Positions 27,298-38,411 of a stretch of 46,745 nucleotides of DNA are shown here, piece after piece. The stretch covers positions 1 to 46,745 of the forward strand of contig CAZSWP010000027.1 of the NCBI GenBank assembly GCA_964610875.1. The letters run 5' to 3'. Source of the DNA: an uncultured archaeon. GTDB taxonomy: Archaea; Asgardarchaeota; Thorarchaeia; Thorarchaeales; Thorarchaeaceae. The number at the start of each line of letters is the position of its first letter. Position 1 is the first letter of the stretch. A model generated the notes under the pieces. That model was given only the letters and a program-made list of their open reading frames with translations, was not told where the DNA came from and searched no databases. The position numbers were made by a program, and so were the translations under genes.

Positions 27298-28535
27298 GCA
27301 ATGATATGTACATAGCACGTTCAACCAACGAAGAAATCTTTGAAAAAGCCGAATCTGGTGGATTAGTAACATCACTCTTGACATGCGCTTTGGATTCACT
27401 AGCAGTCGATGGTGTTGTTACGGTGAAACCTATGAATGGAAACAGGTATGCTGCAGTACCTGTCCTCATAACTAAAACTGAAGACCTCCTTGAAACAGCA
27501 GGTTCACTTCATTGCAGTGCACCGAATGTAGCTCGTTTTGTTAAGGAGTATCTAGAGGGATCTACCGATTCAAAATTGGCAGTCGTTGGAAAGCCATGTG
27601 ATATTAGAGCCATCATAGAACTTCAGAAAAGACATCAAATCAATGAGGACAATCTGATTCTCATTGGTTTAAACTGCACTGGAACACTTCCTCCAGCAAA
27701 GACAAAAATCATGTATAGAGAAAAATTCGAAGTTGATCCAAATGATGTTGTTGCAGAAGACATTGATGGAGGTAACCTACATGTTTTCCTCAAGGATGGA
27801 ACCACCAAGTCTTTGTCCTTAAAAGAGCTTGAAGCGGAGGACTATGGAAGAAGAAACAATTGCAGAAGATGTGAATTCAACATTCCTGTTTTCGCAGATA
27901 TCGCATGTGGAAAATGGGGTACTGAAGATGTTGAAAAGAAAAGCACATTCGTAGAGATATGTTCTGACAAAGGCAAGATGCTTTTTGATAAAGCTCTTGA
28001 GAACAAATATATCGAAGTTGAAAAGGCTACGAAAAAGCAAATTGATCTACGAGATAAAAAGGACAAGGAAGAACAGGAACGAGCTGCAGCATATAGAGAA
28101 AAGCAATTCAAAATCTTGGATGAGATGTCTCTTTCTGAGAAACAAGAATATTGGTTCAATGAGTTCGATAAATGCATAAAATGCTACGGTTGTAGAGATG
28201 CATGTCCAATCTGTTATTGTGAATCCTGTCTACTTGAAGCAGATAGGCATTTTGTTGAACCTGGTGAGATACCACCAAATGCGCTATTCCCATTCACTAG
28301 GCTTGCTCATGTCGCAGACTCTTGTGTGAACTGTGGGCAGTGTGAAGATGCTTGTCCAATGGAATTACCTCTCTCTAAACTCTTCAATTACTTGAACTGG
28401 AAGTTACGAGACATTTTCCAGTATATTCCAGGTGTCGATAGAGAACAACTTCCTCCTCTCATTAAAGCTAAGGATGCTGAAATGCAAATAGACGACACAT
28501 TCTTAGACATAGCTGAAATAATGGAAAAGGAATAA
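27294..28535 (+). CDS. fdhB: formate dehydrogenase beta subunit (FrhB/FdhB family with C-terminal ferredoxin)
   Basis: SGGLVT, AGSLHC, KPCD, IGLNCTGT, RRNNCRRC, ADIACGKWG, CIKCYGCRDACP, CVNCGQCEDACP; ATGA overlap with fdhA. Confidence 0.92.
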   Translation: MSNDMYIARSTNEEIFEKAESGGLVTSLLTCALDSLAVDGVVTVKPMNGNRYAAVPVLITKTEDLLETAGSLHCSAPNVARFVKEYLEGSTDSKLAVVGKPCDIRAIIELQKRHQINEDNLILIGLNCTGTLPPAKTKIMYREKFEVDPNDVVAEDIDGGNLHVFLKDGTTKSLSLKELEAEDYGRRNNCRRCEFNIPVFADIACGKWGTEDVEKKSTFVEICSDKGKMLFDKALENKYIEVEKATKKQIDLRDKKDKEEQERAAAYREKQFKILDEMSLSEKQEYWFNEFDKCIKCYGCRDACPICYCESCLLEADRHFVEPGEIPPNALFPFTRLAHVADSCVNCGQCEDACPMELPLSKLFNYLNWKLRDIFQYIPGVDREQLPPLIKAKDAEMQIDDTFLDIAEIMEKE

Positions 28536-28556
28536 GCCAAAAAGCTAGCATAAATA

Positions 28557-28597
28557 ATGGTACCTGCATTTGCAGTGTACCATCAACTCTTTTTTTC
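28557..28597 (+). terminator. hairpin plus T-tract ending the fdh operon
   Basis: ATGGTAC-CTGCA-tt-TGCAG-t-GTACCAT followed by caactctttttttc. Confidence 0.65.
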
Positions 28598-28639
28598 TAT
28601 ATAAAAAATCACAACTTATACGACTTACGCATTCTATAC

Positions 28640-29407
28640 AGAATATATCAGAGATACTGATTCTTCTGTCGTTGTTATTTCAGGGGATATGAATTCACTT
28701 GAATATGCAACATATCTTAACGGTGATGACGAAGATATGGGACTGGGAATTGATGTAGACTCAACTGGAGCAATAGTAGTAGCTGGCTCCACAAAGTCTG
28801 AGAATCTGGATACACCAAATGCATTGGACGACTCCTACAATGGCGGATTTGCAGACATCTATCTCTTCAAGGTCGATTCAACTTATGAAGATGTATTCAC
28901 TACATATCTAGGAGGAAATGCATCATATAGAGCACGGGATCTGAGAGTAGATTCAGACGATAACATTATTGTAGTAGGACGTTCTACTTCGGATGGTTAT
29001 TCAATCGTGAATGCAAGCCAAGCAAACCGAGCAGGTGGCTTCGATTTTGTCATCACAAGTATTTCATCTAATGATCAGACAATCCAGAAGTCATCATATT
29101 TCCGTGGTGAAAAGGAGGACATTGGAGAAGGTGTTACAATTTCATCTGACGATGATATCGTTGTGACGGGAAAAACACCTTATCTGATGACATTCCATTC
29201 CCTGATGATGGTTTTCAGTCAGAAAATGCTGGCTCATCTGATATCTTCATCTCATACAATGCGTTTGATGAACCACATGAACCTATGCTTTCATCTACGA
29301 TAACTCAAGAACCACAAACAGATAATCTATTTCAAATTAATATCATTCTGTTTATAGTAGTCATTATTTTTGCTATTATCATTTTAGGAATCGTTAAACG
29401 AAATTAA
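28640..29407 (+). pseudogene. SBBP beta-propeller repeat surface protein, N-terminally truncated and frameshifted
   Basis: Repeats YATYL.G..D....I.VDS.G.IVVAGST.S; no signal peptide; the -1 frame from about 29168 continues the repeat and ends in a TM anchor (..IILFIVVIIFAIIILGIVKRN*). Confidence 0.75.
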
Positions 29408-29409
29408 AT

Positions 29410-29440
29410 AAAGAGGGCTAGTATACCCTCTTTTTTTCTT
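29410..29440 (+). terminator. hairpin plus T-tract
   Basis: AAAGAGGG-ctagtata-CCCTCTTT followed by a T run. Confidence 0.7.
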
Positions 29441-29535
29441 TAACTTTTATAAATTCGATTTTGTGCAGTAGTAGCGGTTTCATCAGAAAAAAATGCTATA
29501 TTATTCATTTACATTCATACCAACTAGTGAATGGG

Positions 29536-32052
29536 ATGAGAAAAGGAACAATATTAGTTCTGTTTGTATTCCTTTTAGCAATACCTGTGGAACCAGATTA
29601 TGAAATTACTACTAGCAATATCTACAAAGATAATTCAGCTAATTCACATCAAAAGATAGTTGGAAGCACCTACACTACTCACGAACCTATAGTTGTGACT
29701 TCAAACGAAGGTTTTGCATCATTGGGCTTTCCTGGATTTGGCACATACTTGGAACCATTTATAATTGCTGGATACAATATAACGACTTCTGGAAATTGTA
29801 TCTATGTTGAAGATACAAATGCTTACTTCGTAATCCGTGATTGTTATCTAGGTGGAGGATTTAATGGAGATGGAATAATACTATCTAATGTTAGTCATGC
29901 AATGATTTACAATAATTCCATATTGCAGAGAGAAGAGGGTATTGTTCTTACTGACTCTCTTAATTTGACTATCAATAATAACACGATATTAGGAAAAAAT
30001 AATGGCATTAGATTGACGTCATCATATAATAACACCATTGGGAATAATTCAATTTCACAAAACGGATTTGGTCTAGTAATTTCTAATGGTGGCAATAACA
30101 CCATCAAAAATAATACGATATCAAAAACGAATTTTAGTGGAATCCACATTTCATCATCGTCAAATAATACATCATTGCTTAATCGAATATCAAATTGTTA
30201 TACTGGTTTTAGTCTTTCGTGGTCCAATTATACAAAAATAATAAAGAACAACATTACAGATAATACGGATAATGGAGTTTCGATCAGTTCTTCTTCAAAT
30301 ACAACAATCATATTTAATGATATATCTAACAATCAGGAAGATGGAGTTAGCATTCATTCATCACACAAAAATAAATTAGCTAACAATTCCATTACAGAGA
30401 ATGCGTGCTATGGAGTAAAAATCACGGCTTCAACAAATATAACAATTGAGTACAATAACATTTCCAGTAACGATTGGGTAGGCGTATATGTAATTGATTA
30501 TTCGCAGAATAATTCCATCATAAAAAATAAAATTTTAGAAAATGGTATACACGGATTTTGGTTAATATCATCATCAAATAATACCATAATGAACAATTCA
30601 ATTTCTTTAAACGAATTTTCTGGTTTAGTATTGTACGGATCGATAACGAATAGAATATTGGATAATTTTATTACTGAGAACTCAGTTCATGGATTACAAC
30701 TGTCTAATTCATCTAAAAATACTATAAATGGTAACACTCTTTCAAGAAACGGATATTCAGAAGAAGCATGTATAATTCTTCATGCCCATTCAGATAGTAA
30801 TATAGTTTTAAACAACACAATAATTGATAACTACTATGATGGAATTGAAGTAGCGTTTTCATTCAATAACACAATTGAGAGAAATATAATCAAAAATAAT
30901 ACACTTGGGATTGATATATGGTACTCACCTTTCAATAGGATTGAAAACAATACAATACATCATAATCATGATCTGGGAATACATCTATTTCATTCCACCA
31001 ATATATCTATCGAATCAAATACGATGGAGCGCAATGGTCTATTCATTTTCGGTTCAGAAATAAAGGAATGGATGCACAATGTTGCTGATGATAACCGTTT
31101 GAATAATAAAAGGATTGGATACTTTTGGGGAAGAATCGAGGAGGATTTGGAATCAGAGGAATATAGTCAGATAATATTGGCAAATTGTAGTTCAATGCAT
31201 ATAGAAAATAGAAATTTTGAAGATGTTTCTGTTGGGATTCAAATCGGTTATTCAATTAAAATATCAGTTTCAAATTGTGTAACAGCACACAATTCTAGAT
31301 ATGGGATTCATGTATACAATTCGACAATGAATGTCATAATATCAAATTTGATTTCCGAAAATTCACAATATGGAATTTATATAGACAGAAATAGTAGTCG
31401 TAATCTTATCTATAAGAATATTATAAAATATAACAATCAATCCAATGCAATTGATGATGGTTTTGAAAATAATTGGAATTCTACCGAAATAGGAAATTTC
31501 TGGTCTGATTACGGTAATTCAAGATTCTATCATATTCCAGGGATTTCTGAATCTGTTGACAATTTTGCATTTAGATTCCCCATAGAATATGATATTCCAA
31601 CAATAAACCATCCAAGCGATATCGATTGCGATGATGATACAAATCAGATTCAGATAGTATGGAATCCTATTGACTCGTATCCATCTCATTACTCTATTCG
31701 ACTTAATAATACAATAATACTCATTGATAGTTGGGAGGGAGATTCAATAGTATTTGATGTGAGTATATCATATATTGGTTATTATAACTATACAATCAAA
31801 GTTTTTGATACCTCGGGAAATTGGATCAGCGACACTGTGCTTGTCAATGTGACTAGATCATCTGTAACTACGTCAACTACAACTACTTCTACGACAACAA
31901 CTGCATTCACTGATACGGACACAACTACCTCAGCAAACACTGAAACGACTGATGCCGAGCAAATAAACCCAACTCCTCTAACTATTGTTTTTGGGTTATC
32001 TATTGGTATATTATCATTGATTTTAGTCGGATACTATGCGAAGAAAAGGTGA
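29536..32052 (+). CDS. NosD/CASH parallel beta-helix repeat surface protein with Thr-rich stalk and C-terminal TM
   Basis: Many GI.L..S.NN.I..N.I repeats; GNFWSDY; probable start MRKG at 29536. Confidence 0.85.
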   Translation: MRKGTILVLFVFLLAIPVEPDYEITTSNIYKDNSANSHQKIVGSTYTTHEPIVVTSNEGFASLGFPGFGTYLEPFIIAGYNITTSGNCIYVEDTNAYFVIRDCYLGGGFNGDGIILSNVSHAMIYNNSILQREEGIVLTDSLNLTINNNTILGKNNGIRLTSSYNNTIGNNSISQNGFGLVISNGGNNTIKNNTISKTNFSGIHISSSSNNTSLLNRISNCYTGFSLSWSNYTKIIKNNITDNTDNGVSISSSSNTTIIFNDISNNQEDGVSIHSSHKNKLANNSITENACYGVKITASTNITIEYNNISSNDWVGVYVIDYSQNNSIIKNKILENGIHGFWLISSSNNTIMNNSISLNEFSGLVLYGSITNRILDNFITENSVHGLQLSNSSKNTINGNTLSRNGYSEEACIILHAHSDSNIVLNNTIIDNYYDGIEVAFSFNNTIERNIIKNNTLGIDIWYSPFNRIENNTIHHNHDLGIHLFHSTNISIESNTMERNGLFIFGSEIKEWMHNVADDNRLNNKRIGYFWGRIEEDLESEEYSQIILANCSSMHIENRNFEDVSVGIQIGYSIKISVSNCVTAHNSRYGIHVYNSTMNVIISNLISENSQYGIYIDRNSSRNLIYKNIIKYNNQSNAIDDGFENNWNSTEIGNFWSDYGNSRFYHIPGISESVDNFAFRFPIEYDIPTINHPSDIDCDDDTNQIQIVWNPIDSYPSHYSIRLNNTIILIDSWEGDSIVFDVSISYIGYYNYTIKVFDTSGNWISDTVLVNVTRSSVTTSTTTTSTTTTAFTDTDTTTSANTETTDAEQINPTPLTIVFGLSIGILSLILVGYYAKKR

Positions 32053-32151
32053 ATCTTCTCTTTTATCACAAACAGTCCTATTCTTTGCAACTATATTTTC
32101 AACAAGGATAATTTGAGGAATCAATATAGAATATGCTATTAGGGGCTTATT

Positions 32152-34233
<2,082 letters not shown>

Positions 34234-34507
34234 TCATTTCATTCATCTCTTATGTATAATAACACATTGCAATTTAAGAGATAATTATCTGACTTTAATT
34301 TAATCTCTAATTTGAAAGATTTTTTACTAGCCTTTTGTAGTATCAGAATGGACTTTTATCTTACCCATATGTTTGTACCAGACAAAGGTAAGTTGCGGCA
34401 TCTATATTAAGTATAAGCTGGAGATATTGTGATTGACATATACTATTCCATATTTACATTTCAGACACAGTTAAGAGCGAGAGAATATCAAGCAAGAAAT
34501 CAGTAAG

Positions 34508-35377
34508 GTGGTCCTCTTGAGTAAGATTCCTATGATTATTGTGCACGGCGGTGCTGGTGCTTGGAAAGACGAGAGAATACCCATAGGAGTGGAGTATGTC
34601 AAAAAAGCAGCACGTGTGGGGTACGATATTTTAGCTGAAGGCGGAAATGCATTAGATGCTGCTGAAATCTGTACTGCGTTCATGGAAGATTGTGGAAGAC
34701 TAAATGCAGGATTGGGTGCAACAAAGAACTCTGATGACCAGCGGGAACTTGATGCAATGATTGTAGATGGTTCCACTTTGAACTTTGGCTCAGTAGGTGG
34801 CCTTACTGAAGTGCAAAATCCAATATACCTTGCACGATATGTTTTAGAAAAAACGGAATACTGTTTCTTCGCAGGAGATAACGCCTTAAAACTATACAAG
34901 AAAATGCTCGATGAAGGATATAGGGTTGAAAAGGCTGTGGAACCTAATGGACCTCCAGCTGACACTGGAGGAAAGGATACCGTAGGATGTATTGTAATAG
35001 ACAGTGAGGGAAGGATTGTTTCTACATCGTCTACTGGAGGAATCAAGAATAAGACACCAGGGAGAGTTGGTGATTCACCAGTAATTGGCTCAGGAGCATA
35101 TGCCACTGCAGAATATGGTGTCTCTGCAACAGGAATGGGAGAGCATATTATGAGAGTAACTCTAAGTAGATTGGTTGTATTTCATCTAGAACAAGGTCAT
35201 TCTATTGAAGAGTCACTTGAAAAGAGTATGAGAACATTTGATGAAAAAACCAATAGTGAAGCAGGACTAATCGCAATTGACAGATTTGGAAATTGGGGAA
35301 AATTGACAAACTGCAAAGCAATGCCAACAGCTGTATTCACACCAGATCTCAATGAACCTTTATCATTTCAGAAATAA
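34508..35377 (+). CDS. isoaspartyl peptidase / L-asparaginase (Ntn hydrolase)
   Basis: HGGAG, ELDAMIVDG, DTVG (Thr nucleophile), TSSTGG, GRVGDSP, TGMGE. Confidence 0.93.
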   Translation: MVLLSKIPMIIVHGGAGAWKDERIPIGVEYVKKAARVGYDILAEGGNALDAAEICTAFMEDCGRLNAGLGATKNSDDQRELDAMIVDGSTLNFGSVGGLTEVQNPIYLARYVLEKTEYCFFAGDNALKLYKKMLDEGYRVEKAVEPNGPPADTGGKDTVGCIVIDSEGRIVSTSSTGGIKNKTPGRVGDSPVIGSGAYATAEYGVSATGMGEHIMRVTLSRLVVFHLEQGHSIEESLEKSMRTFDEKTNSEAGLIAIDRFGNWGKLTNCKAMPTAVFTPDLNEPLSFQK

Positions 35378-35477
35378 CTGCAGACAACTGCCAGTATATT
35401 TTGTATGGACTGTGCTGATAGAATGCCCACAATTAATTAGATTCATTAGATGATTGGTTTGCTATCTCCTTTTCATT

Positions 35478-35801
35478 TTAACGTCTGTGAAGGAACTCAG
35501 GTTTAGCCCACCCAAACCACGCATGTATCACAGTGAGCATCATAATCATGGCAACAGAAAGGAAAACGAGATTTCCTATCAATACGTCTGCTGCCTGAAA
35601 TTGACCAGTGATATCAAACAGAATAAAGGTGAGCATATACAGAATAGCAAATCTGCCAATCAAACGGAACTTCATTTTTGTAACAAGTCTAGAAGCTTTG
35701 GGCGCAGTTTTTCTATGTCTCACGTATAACGGGATATAAAGTGAAAAAGTCAGAATCGCGAATGGAATGAGATATCAGAAATGGAAAATATTGCAACTTG
35801 G
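35478..35801 (-). pseudogene. membrane protein remnant
   Basis: TM segments extend upstream of the 81-aa ORF through an in-frame TGA (35775-35777; HF*YL) up to a TAG at 35802-35804. Confidence 0.35.
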
Positions 35802-35989
35802 CTACATTCTGTCAAAGCTTACTAAAAAATCAATGAGCCTGTGATGTTCTTCCAAGGCATAAGGAATCTTTTCATGATTGAGCGTTGCAAGGAAACAGGT
35901 CTTTGGCCATAGGAATGCGGATTATTATTAAACAGGATAAGCGTTCTCTCAACTATTCAAATCACTAGGGTTGAATTGTATTTTCCTAA

Positions 35990-36793
35990 TCAAACCGTAT
36001 CCATTGAAGAGAAAGCTCTCGAACCATAAGGCCGTAGACTATCAAAGAAATCACGGTCAATGAGAAACACCTCTACATTCTTACTTCTTATGCCAGTTCT
36101 GCTTTCAAATAGAACATTAAGCATGATTTCCTTATCCATGATGTGAATAGGTGGGACAACAGCATTTGGTTCAACAGCTACTTTTCGTCCTTCTTCAGAT
36201 ACAATTCCATTAGAAATTATAACCCCTTGATTTGCCCCGTATTTTGGCAGGAGACCGCGAATTTCCAAAATTGTTTCTTTATCTATAGTTTCATCAAATT
36301 CACACTTCTTTGCATAATACACAACTGGAGTTTTTGCTCCATCATCTCGCCATCTTGCAGTGAAAATTATTGTATTACCATATCGCTCTTGTTCCTTGGA
36401 CTCCTCAACAACAACACGCACATTAACCAAAATAATTTCAAAGAGCTTTTTAAAAGATTCAAGGTCCAAGTCAGCTATTGCACTAGCAACCTCATTCCTT
36501 GTTATTGCATTGAATTCGTTTGCCTGCTCTCTGACCTTAGAAATAGAATCTTCATCTATAGCTCCTTCACACAAGTCATTATACCTATAAAGCCCAGGTG
36601 CTACACGAACGAAAAAAGGAATTCGTTCATCTCTAGCTGCAGTACGTCTTTCAATTGAAAGAGAAGCAGATATTGATCCGGGTTCCCTTCCTAAAGACTC
36701 TGCAATTTCAGTATAATGTACGGGATGATCTCTTGCATGTTTCTGTAACCATTTTCGTAATGTCATTCGACCGTTGGTATGGTCTTCGGTCAT
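35990..36793 (-). CDS. HARE-HTH-like domain fused to an Mrr-like restriction-endonuclease domain, probably inactive
   Basis: VHYTEIA...SISASL...FVRVAPGLYRY; FKKLF, AKK, IRGLL..GANQGVIISNG, IHIMD, IDRDFF. Confidence 0.75.
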   Translation of the reverse strand: MTEDHTNGRMTLRKWLQKHARDHPVHYTEIAESLGREPGSISASLSIERRTAARDERIPFFVRVAPGLYRYNDLCEGAIDEDSISKVREQANEFNAITRNEVASAIADLDLESFKKLFEIILVNVRVVVEESKEQERYGNTIIFTARWRDDGAKTPVVYYAKKCEFDETIDKETILEIRGLLPKYGANQGVIISNGIVSEEGRKVAVEPNAVVPPIHIMDKEIMLNVLFESRTGIRSKNVEVFLIDRDFFDSLRPYGSRAFSSMDTV

Positions 36794-36895
36794 GGTGGCA
36801 CATCCTGTTCCTGAAAGTTAACTTTAATTTTTTAAAGTTGTTGGATACTCAAAATGACTCATTGTATTAAGACAGTCTAAATATCGTTCATCAAT

Positions 36896-37312
36896 CTAAG
36901 TTCGTAGAAGACGTTCAATAATACTATCATAATCATTGTATCTTCTGAGACCGGGTAAACTTCCAAGGGGTTTTGCATTTTTGAAGGCAATGACCATTGG
37001 AACCGACTGAACTGAAAATTGTGCCGCTGTGCGTGGATTTCTGTCTATATCCACTTTTCCAAAGAATACTTTCCCTGTGTACTCTCTTGCTAGTTCTGCA
37101 AAAATAGGTGCAAGGGCTTTACAGGGGCTGCACCACTCACCAAAAAAGTCAATCATAGCTATTTTTGTCTGGTTCATGATCTCCCAAAAATTAGAATCGG
37201 ATAATGGTGTTACATAGCCCTTTGCTAGAGGTTCAGCAACTGATGGTTCCTGAGCTTGGCGCATTAGTGCTTCCATCTTGCGTTTCCTGATTTCAGCAAG
37301 TTCATCATCCAT
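36896..37312 (-). CDS. trxA: thioredoxin with archaeal N-terminal DDELxxIRxxK helix
   Basis: DFFGEWCSPC, KVDID, VQSVP; probable start at 37312. Confidence 0.92.
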   Translation of the reverse strand: MDDELAEIRKRKMEALMRQAQEPSVAEPLAKGYVTPLSDSNFWEIMNQTKIAMIDFFGEWCSPCKALAPIFAELAREYTGKVFFGKVDIDRNPRTAAQFSVQSVPMVIAFKNAKPLGSLPGLRRYNDYDSIIERLLRT

Positions 37313-37462
37313 GCGATATTCCCTCTTCGGTTGTGTGATGAAATTACACATCCGTAGATAAAGGTAATGATATAGATATTTAAAAATCAATTGCGCTAGA
37401 AGTCGATTTAAAACGCGGTCTGTATTCTTCAGAAGCTAACGAAAAAGGAAAGTGTATTCAAA

Positions 37463-38401
37463 TTGGAGAATGCTAAATACTACCTTGCTCTTCTGATTGC
37501 GATGTTCTTCTGGGGAGGTAGTTGGGTTTCTGCAAAGATACTGGTTTCATTGGCACCTCCAATGACAATTGGTTTCCTTAGATTTCTAACCGCTAGTATT
37601 TTGTTTCTAATTCTTTTCAAAGCTACAGGTAACTCAATTAGAGGTTTATTTTCTCGTGGAAATCTGAAACTGCTTTTACTTCTTGGTCTAACTGGAGTAT
37701 TTGGTTATGGTGTGTTTTTCCTTGTCGGAATGAATTTCACCACAGCAGCGCAAGGTTCAATAATAGCAGGTTTCAACCCTGTGACGGTAAGTATTTTTGC
37801 TCACATTATTCACAAAGAGAAATTGGATTATAGCTGGCAGTATATAGGATTTTTATTTAGTTTTACAGGGATTATTTTCGTAGTGGGTATCCAAGCGCTT
37901 CTTGACTTTCAGATCAACTACCTTATTGGGAATATAATTATTCTATTTGCAATGATCATATGGGGACTGTATTCTAATATCGGTAAACATGCAATGAACA
38001 AACTCACACCACTTGAAATTAATGCTGGAGGAGCTGTCTTTGGTGGTTTGTTTTTTGGATTAGCCTCGATAAATGAAAAACCATGGAACCTACCTGCTAT
38101 GGGCGACCTGATCTTCTGGATCAACATTCTTTTTCTAGGAGCTTTTGTGACCTTCGTAGGTTTCTATTTCTACTTCGTGGGTATAAAGAAAGTTGGAGCC
38201 ACAAAAGCAGCAGTCTTCATCAATTTCGTACCAGTCTTTGGTACACTACTATCAGTTTTGATACTCAATGAACCCATCTATTGGACATTTATTGTTGGGC
38301 TTGCATTGGTCATAATTGGAATCTCTATCATAAATTGGCCTTTGAGAACAGTTTTAGTCAAAGAACCAATTCATGAAAAAATGGAAACCCAAGAAGTCTG
38401 A
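37463..38401 (+). CDS. DMT/EamA family transporter
   Basis: About 10 TM helices; FWGGSW, FLRF, GIKKVGATKA..FIN.VP, LNEP. Confidence 0.92.
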   Translation: MENAKYYLALLIAMFFWGGSWVSAKILVSLAPPMTIGFLRFLTASILFLILFKATGNSIRGLFSRGNLKLLLLLGLTGVFGYGVFFLVGMNFTTAAQGSIIAGFNPVTVSIFAHIIHKEKLDYSWQYIGFLFSFTGIIFVVGIQALLDFQINYLIGNIIILFAMIIWGLYSNIGKHAMNKLTPLEINAGGAVFGGLFFGLASINEKPWNLPAMGDLIFWINILFLGAFVTFVGFYFYFVGIKKVGATKAAVFINFVPVFGTLLSVLILNEPIYWTFIVGLALVIIGISIINWPLRTVLVKEPIHEKMETQEV

Positions 38402-38411
38402 GATTTTGAAT

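Noticed and set aside
31860-31950. ACN-rich low-complexity repeats (also 22545-22620 and 38520-38625)
   Set aside because: Explained by Thr-rich stalk codons; not independent DNA repeats
34471-35106. 211-aa antisense ORF and similar shadow ORFs (e.g. 11507-11959, 32219-33790, 36143-36658)
   Set aside because: They lie opposite well-conserved genes and have no recognisable motifs
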